A DNA stretch of 64,000 bases from Candidatus Bathyarchaeota archaeon (GCA_963707955.1 OY970176.1:2144001-2208000), one strand, 5' to 3'; shown: positions 19,346 through 29,811, counted from the first letter of the stretch. The notes: a model not told the origin generated them from the sequence alone. A program made the numbers and translations.

Positions 19346-20515
19346 ATGAAAAATGTGGCTGTCATAGGAATTGGCAACTCAAAGTTTGGAGCAAGAAACG
19401 ATGTGACCATTTCCGAGCTTGCTTTTGAAGCTGTAAGGCCGTCTCTAGAAGACGCAGGCTTAGGTGCAATTGACATTCAGTTTGTCGCTCTTGGGTCTGT
19501 TGGGGCAGGAGCTTGGTATGAAGAGCTGCTTCCAGCAGTGGTTGTTTCAGAATACTGTGGGATGACAAAGGCAGGGCTCGTGCGATGTGAAGCAGCATGT
19601 GCAAGCGGCAGCGCAGCTTTCTTCACGGCATATTCAGCCATTGCCAGTGGCCAGGCAGATATAGCGGTGGCGATGGGCGTCGAGAAGATGAGGGAAATCG
19701 ACTCCGCAACGGCCATGGAATGGATAGGTCGAGCAGGCTACTATCTCTGGGAGTTCCATAACTTCGGAGTAACCTTCCCAGCGTACTATGCATTGTATGC
19801 AAACGCCCACATGGCCAAGTACGGAACAACCGAAGAAGACTTGGCGCTTGTAGCCGTGAAAAACCACAAATACGGTTCTATGAACCCGATTGCCCACCTT
19901 CAAAACAAGATCACAGTTGACGACGTTCTAAACTCAATGGTCATCGCTTCACCCTTAAAGCTCTTCGACTGTTGCCCCTTGACGGATGGGGCGGCAGCGC
20001 TTGTTCTTGCGTCTGAAGAAAAAGTCAAAGAATTGAAAGTTGACACGCCAATATGGGTCGCCGGAATCGGCTATTCTTCAGGAACCGCAAACCTTAGCAA
20101 ACGATCAAACTTCGTCGGTTTGGAAGCAAGCGTACTAGCTTCACAAAGAGCTTACAAAGCCGCAGGCATAACACCAACCCAGGTTGACTTCGCAGATGTG
20201 CACGACTGTTTCACCATTGCAGAAATAATGGCATATGAGGACATTGGATTCTGTGCAAAAGGCGAAGGAGTAAAGCTTTTGCGAGACGGACAGACTGAAA
20301 TCGGCGGAAAAATCCCTGTGAACATGGACGGCGGGCTGAAATCTAAAGGTCATCCCATCGGCACAACAGGTTGCTCAATGATGTACGAGCTTACAAAACA
20401 GTTGAGAGGAGAAGCTGAAAAAGGCAGGCAGGTGCCGCTGAAAAACAACATCGGCCTTGCACACAACGTAGGCGGAACCGGACACTACTGCTACGTGACT
20501 ATCCTGCGGAGGTGA
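19346..20515 (+). CDS. Thiolase (SCP2/archaeal acetyl-CoA acetyltransferase type)
   Basis: CEAACASG (catalytic Cys), GVEKM, KNH, DGAAA, HDCF, GHPIG and HNVGG motifs. Confidence 0.93.
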   Translation: MKNVAVIGIGNSKFGARNDVTISELAFEAVRPSLEDAGLGAIDIQFVALGSVGAGAWYEELLPAVVVSEYCGMTKAGLVRCEAACASGSAAFFTAYSAIASGQADIAVAMGVEKMREIDSATAMEWIGRAGYYLWEFHNFGVTFPAYYALYANAHMAKYGTTEEDLALVAVKNHKYGSMNPIAHLQNKITVDDVLNSMVIASPLKLFDCCPLTDGAAALVLASEEKVKELKVDTPIWVAGIGYSSGTANLSKRSNFVGLEASVLASQRAYKAAGITPTQVDFADVHDCFTIAEIMAYEDIGFCAKGEGVKLLRDGQTEIGGKIPVNMDGGLKSKGHPIGTTGCSMMYELTKQLRGEAEKGRQVPLKNNIGLAHNVGGTGHYCYVTILRR

Positions 20516-20958
20516 ACAGAATGTCCTCGATGCCATCGATAAAATCAAGGGAAATAAAGATTGTTCATGAGATACCGATAAGCAAGAATCTGAAGTTTTA
20601 CGAGGGCCTAAGAGAGGGAAAAGTCTACGCGACCAGATGCAAAAACTGCAGAAAAATCTATTTCCCGCCAAACGTCGACTGCGCTGAATGCTTATCTACG
20701 GGTCTAGAGTGGGTTGAGCTTAGCAACGAAGCAGAAATTGAAACATTCACATATGTAGTGGTAAGACCGACCACTTTCCAGCAAAACAAGCCGTACACCG
20801 TCGCTATCGGAAGGTTGAAGGAAGGTGTGAAAGTGCTTGCGTGGCTAACAGGATTCAAGCTTTCAGAAGTAAAAGTTGGCATGAGAGCAAAACTAGCGGC
20901 CAAAGTCACAACCGAAGGAAACGTAACCTACGAGTTTGTGCCTCTTCAACCGAGATAA
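20512..20958 (+). CDS. DUF35-family Zn-ribbon/OB-fold protein (thiolase partner)
   Basis: CKNC..YFPP..DCAEC followed by an OB-fold (ETFT..V..P..F..PY); overlaps the thiolase stop codon. Confidence 0.9.
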   Translation: MNRMSSMPSIKSREIKIVHEIPISKNLKFYEGLREGKVYATRCKNCRKIYFPPNVDCAECLSTGLEWVELSNEAEIETFTYVVVRPTTFQQNKPYTVAIGRLKEGVKVLAWLTGFKLSEVKVGMRAKLAAKVTTEGNVTYEFVPLQPR

Positions 20959-21782
20959 CCGTTGCACTTGAGACTTCCAGCTTCCACGTTTCTTATCCAC
21001 TCCAATGTCTTGGCTACCAATTCATCCTCTTTACCTTCATAACCGTGATTCGCCCCTTTTATCACTAAGAGCGCCTTAGGATCCTGCGCACATGAATAAA
21101 CCTCTTGAGCCTCATCTAAGCCGTGAATGTTGTCCGCATCGCCAATGACAATCAGCACAGGCAAATTCTTCAGCTTCTGAATCACCTCACACTCATCTAG
21201 TTTCATGAGTTTTCCACGGACATCTCTCAAACGCAGATCTATTCCGAAAACTTCCATCTTAAATACTCGTGAAACGTTGAAAACTCGGTCAAGCTGAGAG
21301 AAGAGAAGAAACGCGTAAAGACCCCCTCTGCCTCTTGTGCGTCTTATGAACTTCTTAACATTGTAATCGTGGTTCTTGGGCGGAGACCACAATGCGAGTC
21401 CCTTGATTCGCGCATCGTTCTGAACAGCGTAGAGCGACACTGCCGCGCCCAAGCTGTGCCCAACGACAAAGATGCTGTTAGGTAAAACTTCTTTTTTCGA
21501 GGCTAGATAACTCAAAGCGCATTTCACGTCCTGCTGCTCTCCCAAACCGTAATCAAACTGCCCAGTGCTCTTCCCGACTCCGCGAAAATCGAAATTCAGA
21601 GATACAAACCCAGCTTGACAAGCAGCCTCAGCTAAGCGAGTGTAGATGCCGAGGCCGTGATAGCCTCGCGCATCCATGAAGTGGCAAACAAGCACGGCAG
21701 GAGCTGGAACAATGTCAGGAATGTGCAATTGAGCGTATAGCCTCGCGTTTTGACACAATATTGATACTTGCTCGGTCTGCAC
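20946..21782 (-). CDS. Alpha/beta-fold hydrolase
   Basis: FDFRGVGKSTG, GHSLG nucleophile elbow, GDAD and GANHGY. Confidence 0.88.
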   Translation of the reverse strand: MQTEQVSILCQNARLYAQLHIPDIVPAPAVLVCHFMDARGYHGLGIYTRLAEAACQAGFVSLNFDFRGVGKSTGQFDYGLGEQQDVKCALSYLASKKEVLPNSIFVVGHSLGAAVSLYAVQNDARIKGLALWSPPKNHDYNVKKFIRRTRGRGGLYAFLLFSQLDRVFNVSRVFKMEVFGIDLRLRDVRGKLMKLDECEVIQKLKNLPVLIVIGDADNIHGLDEAQEVYSCAQDPKALLVIKGANHGYEGKEDELVAKTLEWIRNVEAGSLKCNGYLG

Positions 21783-21864
21783 ACACTTTCCTTCCGCAGG
21801 ATTGTCTCTGTGAGCTTAGATATTTCACGCACTTTCCCTTTTTTCCTTTTCCATGTTTATCCTT

Positions 21865-21982
21865 GCGCACGGCTTGAGCGATCTTGAGCACTCGCGGTGA
21901 AGGGTGTTCAGCTCAAACCCCTGTATCATCGGGGAGTGTACCTAGGCAAAACGGCAAATGTCTCATTGTGCAGGCCGTACGC
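21865..21982 (+). ncRNA. Candidate multi-branched structured RNA or DNA element (unassigned)
   Basis: Outer stem 21865-73/21974-82 encloses three hairpins with several G-U pairs; see findings. Confidence 0.3.
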
Positions 21983-22202
21983 TTGGCTCAGTTTAAGCTC
22001 ATTGTGGGTTAGTCTTGCCACATTCGTGCTAAGATTAATTGTTAAGGTCTATTCTTACTTTAGATAACATGGATAACCCAACCATCCCGTCAGTCTCCTC
22101 TTCAGAAATGAAGGCCATGGGAAAAGGTGTAATAGTGATAAGCCAGTCGTGGAAAATATTATTACTTCCTAACGTAGCCAATATGTAAGGGTGGGGCTAG
22201 TT

Positions 22203-23933
22203 ATGTCCGCAAAGAAAAAGAAGGAAAGAGAAAAGCCAATCAGAGAAGAACCGGCTGAGAAGCCATGGTTCAAGTTTTGGCCTGAGGGAGTTCGGAAGCA
22301 CATAGATTTTCCCGAGATTCCGCTTCACGGCCTGCTTGCCGAGACAGCCGGAAAATTCCCCGAGCACACAGCCATAGTTTATTTCAACAAGACCATGACT
22401 TACCGAGATCTCAAACAATTTTCAGACAGGTTTGCGACCGCGCTGGACGGTTTAGGCGTGAAGAAGGGCGACAAGGTTGCCATTTTCTTGCCGAACATAC
22501 CTCAATTCATCATCTCCTATTACGGCATCTCAGAAATCGGGGCTATCGAGACCGCCATAAGCCCGTTATACAAAGAGCGAGAAGTGGAACATCAGCTGAA
22601 CGATTCTGAAGCAGAAACAGTAGTAGTCCTAGATGCACTCTACCCAATGTTAGAAAAAGGTTTGGCAAGCACCAAGGTCAAAAGAGTGATTGTAACAAGT
22701 TTCAAAGAGTACATGCCTGCGGGCACAGCTTTTCTGGGGTCGCTACTAAAGAAGATTCCTTCACACAGGGTTGAACGTGGACCTAATATTTACTTCTTCC
22801 AGGAATTGTTGAGCAAGTATGATGCAAACCCGCCGAAGGTCGACATCAACCCGAAGGAGGACCTCGCAGTCCTTCAATACACCGGCGGAACCACTGGTAT
22901 CCCGAAGGGAGCAATGCTAACTCACATGAACCTTGTGTCGAACGCGCTGTGCTGTGTCGAGTGGCTTAGGGGAACAAGGGGCGAGGACACCTACTTGGTC
23001 GTCGTGCCATTGTTTCACATCTATGGAATGACAACTAGCATGAACACTCCAATCTGTATGGCGGGAAGAATGGTCTTGCTTCCAGGCCATGATGCAACAA
23101 GCACGTTCCAAGCAATCCAACGGCACAAGGTTACAGTCTTCTGTGGAGCACCAACGATGTACTCAATGCTTCTTGCTCATCCAGACTGCAAGAAGTATGA
23201 TTTGGGGTCAATACGGTTCTGCATTTCAGGCTCGGCTCCGCTTCCCCCTGAGGTCCAGAAGAATTGGATGGAAGCGACAGGTGGCGTTCTCGTTGAAGGC
23301 TACGGACTGACAGAATCCTCGCCAGTCACGCATTGCAACCCACTAGATAAATCAATGAAAACCGTAAAAGTAGGTTCAATAGGCTTGCCATGGCCGGATA
23401 CGGAGGCGAAGGTGATGGACATAGAAACGGGAGAAAAAGAGCTTAGTCCAAGCGAAACTGGGGAACTGGTGGTTAAGGGTCCGCAGGTCATGAAGGGTTA
23501 CTGGAAAATGCCTGAAGAAACTGCTGCCGTCCTTCGAAACGGATGGCTCTACACAGGCGACGTAGGAAATGTGGATGAAGATGGCTACTTCTACATAACC
23601 GATCGCAAGAAGGCCCTGATCAAGTACAAGGGCTACAGCGTCTACCCAAGAGAGGTTGAAGACGTAATCTATGAGCATCCTGCAGTGAAACTCTGCGCAG
23701 TCGTAGGCAAACCAGACCCTGTTGCTGGCGAGATCCCGAAAGCCTTCGTCGTGCTGAAAGAGGGAAAAACTGCAACAGCAGAAGAGATCAAGGAGTTCGT
23801 CAACAGCAAAGTGGCATCATACAAGGCTGTCAGAGAGGTTGAATTCAGAACCGAGCTGCCAATGACCCTCGTTGGCAAAGTGCTTAGAAGGGTACTTCAA
23901 GAAGAGGAAAAGAAGAAACTTGAGAAAACCTGA
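22203..23933 (+). CDS. fadD: Long-chain-fatty-acid--CoA ligase
   Basis: QYTGGTTGIPKG, PLFHIYG, EGYGLTE, GPQVMKGYW, TGD and VGKVLR motifs. Confidence 0.92.
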   Translation: MSAKKKKEREKPIREEPAEKPWFKFWPEGVRKHIDFPEIPLHGLLAETAGKFPEHTAIVYFNKTMTYRDLKQFSDRFATALDGLGVKKGDKVAIFLPNIPQFIISYYGISEIGAIETAISPLYKEREVEHQLNDSEAETVVVLDALYPMLEKGLASTKVKRVIVTSFKEYMPAGTAFLGSLLKKIPSHRVERGPNIYFFQELLSKYDANPPKVDINPKEDLAVLQYTGGTTGIPKGAMLTHMNLVSNALCCVEWLRGTRGEDTYLVVVPLFHIYGMTTSMNTPICMAGRMVLLPGHDATSTFQAIQRHKVTVFCGAPTMYSMLLAHPDCKKYDLGSIRFCISGSAPLPPEVQKNWMEATGGVLVEGYGLTESSPVTHCNPLDKSMKTVKVGSIGLPWPDTEAKVMDIETGEKELSPSETGELVVKGPQVMKGYWKMPEETAAVLRNGWLYTGDVGNVDEDGYFYITDRKKALIKYKGYSVYPREVEDVIYEHPAVKLCAVVGKPDPVAGEIPKAFVVLKEGKTATAEEIKEFVNSKVASYKAVREVEFRTELPMTLVGKVLRRVLQEEEKKKLEKT

Positions 23934-23956
23934 AAGCCCGTGCTAGCTCAGCTCTG

Positions 23957-25486
23957 CTATACTGGCTCATTGATTTTCTTTCCTGTTTTCTTTGTCCATT
24001 CAGCGATGGGCACTGCAAATTGTTTCTCCACTTCAGGTCTGTGAATGCTGTTGTACGTGCAGAAGCACCGTATTTTCCCGTCAGGAGTTACATAGTGGAT
24101 CCCGCATTTCTGGACGCGGTCCAGGTCAATGTTCCACACGTCTTGAAAATGCATTATTCCGATCATGACGATGCGCCGCATCAATTCTCCCAATGCCTTG
24201 TAACTTCCTTTCGTCACAACATTCCTGATCAAACCTCTGACAAAGTCAGATCTGGCCATGGGTAGCAACTTGACCATCTTCATCTTAGCCATCGTCTTCT
24301 TGCCCTTAGCTCCAGAATAGTAAACATCCCAGAACACGTCGGCAAACTTGTCAACATCCACGTAATGCATGATAGGCTTGTAAGAGCCGTCCTTGTCCAC
24401 GACCAAGAATGTTGCCGCTCCGCACATAGGATGCATCGTAAACTCTGGATAAGGCCTGTTTTTCACTTGGCCCATTCCCTTGGAGATTGGGACAGGCCAG
24501 TTCACCGGTCTCCAATCAAAACGACCTACTTCACCTTTCGTCTGCTTCTCAATCTCGTTAATGGTGTCAGGAATCGTTATCCTCATCTTTCGCATTTCCT
24601 CTTTCCTAGCCTTTCCTGCCATCGAAACAGGCTGAATGTTGACGCACCTGACAACATCATGGTTCTTGACGGCGAAATCGATGATCTCGCCAATGTCCTT
24701 GTCGTTCACGCCTTTCGCATAAGTAACAACCAGGACAATAGAGTGTAACCCGATTTTCCGGGCGTTCTCTAGGACCTTCAGCTTTATCGGAATCATGTCA
24801 CCTCTAGCCCGAGTTTTCTTGTAAATGTCCTCCCTTAACCCGTCAAACTGAAGGTACAGCGTACTCAACCCGGCGTCGAGCAACTTCTTGAAATAGTCAA
24901 CGTCTTCTGCGATGCGGATACCGTTTGTGTTGACTTCAACGTGATCTATTCCGGCCTTCTGAGCCTCCCGAATCAAGTCGGGCAAATCATTCCTCAAAGT
25001 TGGCTCCCCGCCGCTGAACTGCAGAGCGTTACACGCCCAAGGGCTGTTGGCTCTAAGCAGCTTGATCATGTCCACGATCTGGTCGTACGAAGGCTCATAA
25101 ACGTAGTTTGTCACCCCAACATAGGCAAAACAGACCGGGCAAGCCATGTTGCACCTGTTCGTTACGTCTATGATGCCCAAGATCGTTGGCGTTTTGTGCT
25201 GAGGGCAGATTCCGCAGTCAAACGGGCATCCTTTGGCTGTCTTGGTGTGCGGGTTTTCCAGGCCGCCACCCCAGTACCGCGCGTTGTACCAATTGTCATA
25301 AAAATACTTGAACAGTTCAGCGTCTCCCCAGTAAACGTCCTCAAACTTTCCATGCTCAGGGCAGGTCTTCTCGAGGTAGATGACTCCGCCTTCCTCGTAA
25401 ATCCTCATTGAAATCCTCTGGAGACACTCTGGACACAAGTTTGTTGAGATAGTCTCAAACTTCTCAGATCCCTGAGTGTTCATCAT
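23957..25486 (-). CDS. tes: Tetraether lipid synthase (Tes/GDGT-MAS family radical SAM enzyme)
   Basis: N-terminal CPEC..CPEH metal site, GCPFDCGICPQH, NRCNMACPVCFA (CX3CX2C), SGGEPT, YLQFDG, HPMCG, MHFQD and CGIHY.TPDG..CFCTYN match the MJ0619/Tes architecture. Confidence 0.87.
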   Translation of the reverse strand: MMNTQGSEKFETISTNLCPECLQRISMRIYEEGGVIYLEKTCPEHGKFEDVYWGDAELFKYFYDNWYNARYWGGGLENPHTKTAKGCPFDCGICPQHKTPTILGIIDVTNRCNMACPVCFAYVGVTNYVYEPSYDQIVDMIKLLRANSPWACNALQFSGGEPTLRNDLPDLIREAQKAGIDHVEVNTNGIRIAEDVDYFKKLLDAGLSTLYLQFDGLREDIYKKTRARGDMIPIKLKVLENARKIGLHSIVLVVTYAKGVNDKDIGEIIDFAVKNHDVVRCVNIQPVSMAGKARKEEMRKMRITIPDTINEIEKQTKGEVGRFDWRPVNWPVPISKGMGQVKNRPYPEFTMHPMCGAATFLVVDKDGSYKPIMHYVDVDKFADVFWDVYYSGAKGKKTMAKMKMVKLLPMARSDFVRGLIRNVVTKGSYKALGELMRRIVMIGIMHFQDVWNIDLDRVQKCGIHYVTPDGKIRCFCTYNSIHRPEVEKQFAVPIAEWTKKTGKKINEPV

Positions 25487-25581
25487 GTGATCTCTCCTTC
25501 AAATTTCGACTAGTACGTAAGCATGCAAGCCGTTTATAAAGCATGAAGTGAGCGATTACACACCTAGTGAGAGCCAGCGAA

Positions 25582-26833
25582 CTAGGAAAGAGTCTGAGAT
25601 GAACCACCAGTCTGCGAGGAGCTATTCTTGGGCTCTCCCAGCATCAAATAAAAGGGCAAAGACGCAACAAACAGTAACGCTGCGACCCCACACGACACTA
25701 TCGCGTCAGAATTGGTGGAATTCCAGACATAACTTCCAGCGCTAGGTCCGATTGTCAAACCGACTCCGTTGAGCGTCTGAGTCAATCCCGAGGCACTTGC
25801 CCGTCTATGCTCTGGAACTAGATCCATGAGCCATGCTGAAATCGCAGGTGAGCTAATGTTTCCAACGGCGCTTATTCCTCCCATTATCAAGGAAAAGTCC
25901 AGAAGTGATGTGCTGAAACCCAAGAGCACGGCCAAAGGGGCACCCAAAAAACTGAACAACACGAGAGGTTTTCTTCCAAACTTGTCGGCAAGTTTCCCGC
26001 CTGGGAGTTGGACAAGCCCCGTAACAAGGCTGGATGACAACGACAAGACTAGACCGTACTCTGCAGGAGCAGCCTCAAGCTTGAACAGAAGCATGCCATT
26101 CAACACTGGATTGATGAAACCATTCAACAGACCATTCAGAAGATTTGTTATGCTGAAGATGAAGATCACACGTCTAAAAGGTAAGCTCAGTTTTGAGCTG
26201 GCTTTTTCCACTTCTCCGCCGTTTTTCTCAATTTTCTGCCTCTCGACTTTTTTTCCTTTCAGAAATGAGGCCAAGAACAAACCGATGATGCTTACGAGCA
26301 CTGCAACGATGAAGGGCGTCTGCAACTTCACAAACTGGGCTGTGAATCCAGCCAGCAATGGCCCAGCTATTCCAGCCGACACCCATGAAAGGTTGAACAC
26401 GCCATACGCCATCCCTCTAGATGACTGTTCACTGCAGTCAGCAACTAAGGCCGAAATGGCCGGACTGGAGAATCCAGCTGCAAAAAATTCGACAAAGTTG
26501 GCGGCGAACAGAAAGTACAGGTTCGGAGCAATAACAAACATTCCGCATCCAGCGGCCAGAACTCCGAAGGACATGATCACATGTTCTTTTGCCCAATGAA
26601 TCTGCTGCAAAGCCTCCGACAAAATATCCCACAGTGGTCGCCGCAAATCCAAGCGAAAGCATTATGCCCAAAGCTTCCATGGTTGCCGTTTCAAAACCTC
26701 CCACGAACAATTTCGTCAAATAGGCCCTCGGTGTAGGAATCAAATTGGTAGAAAAAGTGAACAGAAAGTTCACAGTCCATAAAATCAGAAAAACCCGAGA
26801 CCTATAGTCAAAACCGCCGTTCAAATCATGCAA
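25582..26833 (-). CDS. MFS transporter; frameshift near 26582 (error or pseudogene)
   Basis: GGFAADSLGKR motif A in the upstream frame and GGKLADKFGRKP in the downstream frame; ~12 TM when the two are joined. Confidence 0.8.
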
Positions 26834-27036
26834 GCTCCTTGGATATTTCCATTGCTTCTGTTTGCCTAAAGACGAAGCACTGACTGTTTTTCATTTCTAA
26901 GCCTTCGCTTTGCAATGAACGAATATAATCCTAAAAAAGGAAACTCACCCGGCGTAATCACAACTTGTTATTGAAGTTGTCTTGTCAAAATGTATATGAA
27001 CGGTAGTCTCGCAATAGACTGAAGAGATGTGCCATA

Positions 27037-29316
27037 GTGCGGCTGAGGGTTAAAGTTACAGGCATCGTTCAAGGCGTAGGTTTCCGCCCCTTCATCTACC
27101 GAACAGCAGTTCATCACGGCCTCACCGGATACGTTAGAAACCGAGGTGACGCTGGCGTAGAAATATTCCTAGAAGGCAAAGAACAGGACATCAACGACTT
27201 CTTAACAAATCTGAACGTGAAGAAGCCACCTCTCGCCCAAATCCATGAAATCGTAACAACGAAAATCGAAGGCAACAACGAATACCTGGGATTTACAGTC
27301 AAGAAAAGCTCTAACGAAACTGAACTTTCGGGTTCAGTCATACCGCCTGACGTAGCAATCTGTGACGACTGCCTGGGAGAGCTTCGAAACCCCGAAGACC
27401 CAAGATTCGATTACTTCTTTATCACGTGCACCAACTGCGGTCCAAGGTTCACGATAATCGAAAAACTGCCGTACGATCGAGAGAACACAACGATGCGCGA
27501 GTTTCCTATGTGCGGCTTTTGCCTGAAAGAATACAATGACCCGCTGAACAGGAGGTTTCACGCCCAAACCATAGCGTGTCCCGAATGCGGACCTAGAGCC
27601 TACCTAACGACACGGAACGGTAAATTCGTTGAACACAAGGACCCAGTCCGCGAAGCAGGCAGACTCTTGTCTGAGGGCAACGTCCTGGCAATCAAAGGTT
27701 ATGGTGGCTTCCACGTTGCAGCGTCGACAACCGAAGACAAACCCTTGGCCAGGCTTAGAGTGGTAAAGCATAGAAGTCAAAAACCCTTCGCCATAATGGC
27801 GAGAAGCTTAGACGCAATAAAAACCTTTGCCGAAGTAAGCAAGAAAGAAGCCGAACTCCTAACATCGTACTCCCGTCCAATAGTGCTTCTCAACAAGAAA
27901 AATGATTTCCATCTTTCTGACATGGTTGCTCCTGGACTGCACAACGTCGGCGTGATGCTGCCCTACACGGGCCTTCACTACATGCTTTTCGATAACGTGA
28001 AAGATTTTGCGTTCGTGATGACAAGCGCGAACCCACCTAACCAACCTATGATCAAAGACAATGAAGAAGCCCTGAAAGGTCTATGCGGCACAGTCGACTA
28101 TTTCCTGTTTCACAACCGACAGATAGCCCACAGATGCGACGACTCAGTACTGCGTACCCACGGTCAAAACACTGTTTTCATAAGACGCTCAAGAGGCTAC
28201 GCCCCAGTTCCCTTAATGCTAAAAGAAAAAGCAAAGCACTGCGTGCTGGCGTTGGGCGGAGAACTGAGCAACACCGCATGCGTGCTCAACGGGAACAAAG
28301 CTTTCATTTCACAACACATAGGCGATGTGGAAAACGTGGAAACAAGACACTTCCTAGAGACAGCGGCCGAACATTTGATCCGCCTCACGAACAGCAAAGT
28401 CGATACTGTTGCCTGTGACTTGCACCCAAAGTTCACGACGACTACCCTTGCTCACGGATTAGCTGCGGAAAAGGGTTGGAGGCTGCTTCAGGTTCAGCAT
28501 CACCACTCTCACATCGCCGCATTGATGGTTGAACGCAACGTAGAGGAAATGGTGGGCGTATGCTGTGACGGATACGGATACGGTTCCGACGGCGAAGCAT
28601 GGGGAGGCGAGATCCTGCTGTGCACCAAAGAAGCCCCAGGGTTCAAACGTCTAGCCCACCTTGAAAAACAACCCCTAATCGGAGGAGACTTAGCCACTCA
28701 TTACCCGCTGAGAGTTGCTGCAGGAATACTCCATGGCAAAGCGCATATTGAAGATTGGCTCCTACAGCGCAAGCAGCACTTCCCACACGGAGAAAAGGAA
28801 ATAGAAATAATCCTTCAACAACTCAAGAATCGAAAAGGTATAATCGAAACCACGAGCTGTGGCCGAGTGCTAGATGCTGTCTCAGCCGTCCTCGGCATAT
28901 GCCACGAGCGCACTTATGAAGCAGAACCGTCCATGAAACTTGAGTCCGCTGCAATGAAAGGGAAAGACGTGTTAAACCTGAACCCAATAATTGAAGGCGA
29001 CACCCTGAACACGACACAAATTCTTGAGGAGATATTCGAAAACATAAGAAAACATTCCAGACGAGATTTGGCTTACTCCACACACGCCTACATAGCGAAA
29101 GGCTTGGCCGCGCTCGCTATAAAACAGGCAGACGAGAACGACGTGAAAACTATAGGTTTTTCAGGGGGAGTCGCATGCAACCAGATATTGACGAGGGCGA
29201 TGCGAAAACAAGTCGAAGATGCACACTTGCTTTTTCTTGTACATGAAATCGTTCCTCCAGGCGACGGGGGCCTGTCTTTCGGTCAAGCCGCTGTATCTAG
29301 CTTTTTTCAACCATGA
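27037..29316 (+). CDS. hypF: Carbamoyltransferase HypF
   Basis: VTGIVQGVGFRPF acylphosphatase domain, two Zn fingers, KGYGGFH, QHHHSH and PPGDGG. Confidence 0.97.
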   Translation: MRLRVKVTGIVQGVGFRPFIYRTAVHHGLTGYVRNRGDAGVEIFLEGKEQDINDFLTNLNVKKPPLAQIHEIVTTKIEGNNEYLGFTVKKSSNETELSGSVIPPDVAICDDCLGELRNPEDPRFDYFFITCTNCGPRFTIIEKLPYDRENTTMREFPMCGFCLKEYNDPLNRRFHAQTIACPECGPRAYLTTRNGKFVEHKDPVREAGRLLSEGNVLAIKGYGGFHVAASTTEDKPLARLRVVKHRSQKPFAIMARSLDAIKTFAEVSKKEAELLTSYSRPIVLLNKKNDFHLSDMVAPGLHNVGVMLPYTGLHYMLFDNVKDFAFVMTSANPPNQPMIKDNEEALKGLCGTVDYFLFHNRQIAHRCDDSVLRTHGQNTVFIRRSRGYAPVPLMLKEKAKHCVLALGGELSNTACVLNGNKAFISQHIGDVENVETRHFLETAAEHLIRLTNSKVDTVACDLHPKFTTTTLAHGLAAEKGWRLLQVQHHHSHIAALMVERNVEEMVGVCCDGYGYGSDGEAWGGEILLCTKEAPGFKRLAHLEKQPLIGGDLATHYPLRVAAGILHGKAHIEDWLLQRKQHFPHGEKEIEIILQQLKNRKGIIETTSCGRVLDAVSAVLGICHERTYEAEPSMKLESAAMKGKDVLNLNPIIEGDTLNTTQILEEIFENIRKHSRRDLAYSTHAYIAKGLAALAIKQADENDVKTIGFSGGVACNQILTRAMRKQVEDAHLLFLVHEIVPPGDGGLSFGQAAVSSFFQP

Positions 29317-29555
29317 ACCACAACCGATGGCGCATAGACAGAACCGAAGATCGCGAACAACTACACCCAGACTCGCGTGTACCTTGGAAGGTTTCCGCAT
29401 TGGCAATCACGTCAGTAACGTTGACCCTCTTTGTGGGAACGATTTTCACCTCACAAAGAATAGACTTAAAGGTAGAAAATCCTTCTCCAATGTCACTAAC
29501 TTTATCAGCCTGCTTCTTCCAACATCCATTGGAACAAAAGTCTGAGAATCAAGAT

Positions 29556-29792
29556 ATGTGTTTGGCCATACCAGCTAAGGTTGTAAGCCGCAAAGAAGAC
29601 AAAGCCGAAGTTGACTTTGGTGAAGGAGTTCTGAGGGAAGTCAACGTTACCCTGGTAGAAGCAAAAGTAGGTGACTACGTTTTGGTACATGCTGGCTATG
29701 CAATTCAGGTTTTGGATGAGAAAGAGGCTTTGGAGACACTGCGCCTGTGGAATGAGATTCTTGGAGCCGAAGCCGCGACTGGGCGACGATGA
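29556..29792 (+). CDS. hypC: Hydrogenase maturation chaperone HypC
   Basis: MCLAIPAKV...VGDYVLVHAGYAI. Confidence 0.95.
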   Translation: MCLAIPAKVVSRKEDKAEVDFGEGVLREVNVTLVEAKVGDYVLVHAGYAIQVLDEKEALETLRLWNEILGAEAATGRR

Positions 29793-29811
29793 GAAGCAAG
29801 TTGGAAAGACA

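Noticed and set aside
25826-26599. 257-aa plus-strand ORF and many similar antisense ORFs in the track (e.g. 3810..4427, 14820..15539, 59741..60304)
   Set aside because: They are shadows of well-supported genes on the opposite strand and have no recognisable motifs.
29313-29555. 81-aa N-terminal extension of HypC
   Set aside because: HypC needs an N-terminal Met-Cys, so the real start is ATG 29556; the upstream frame has no recognisable features.
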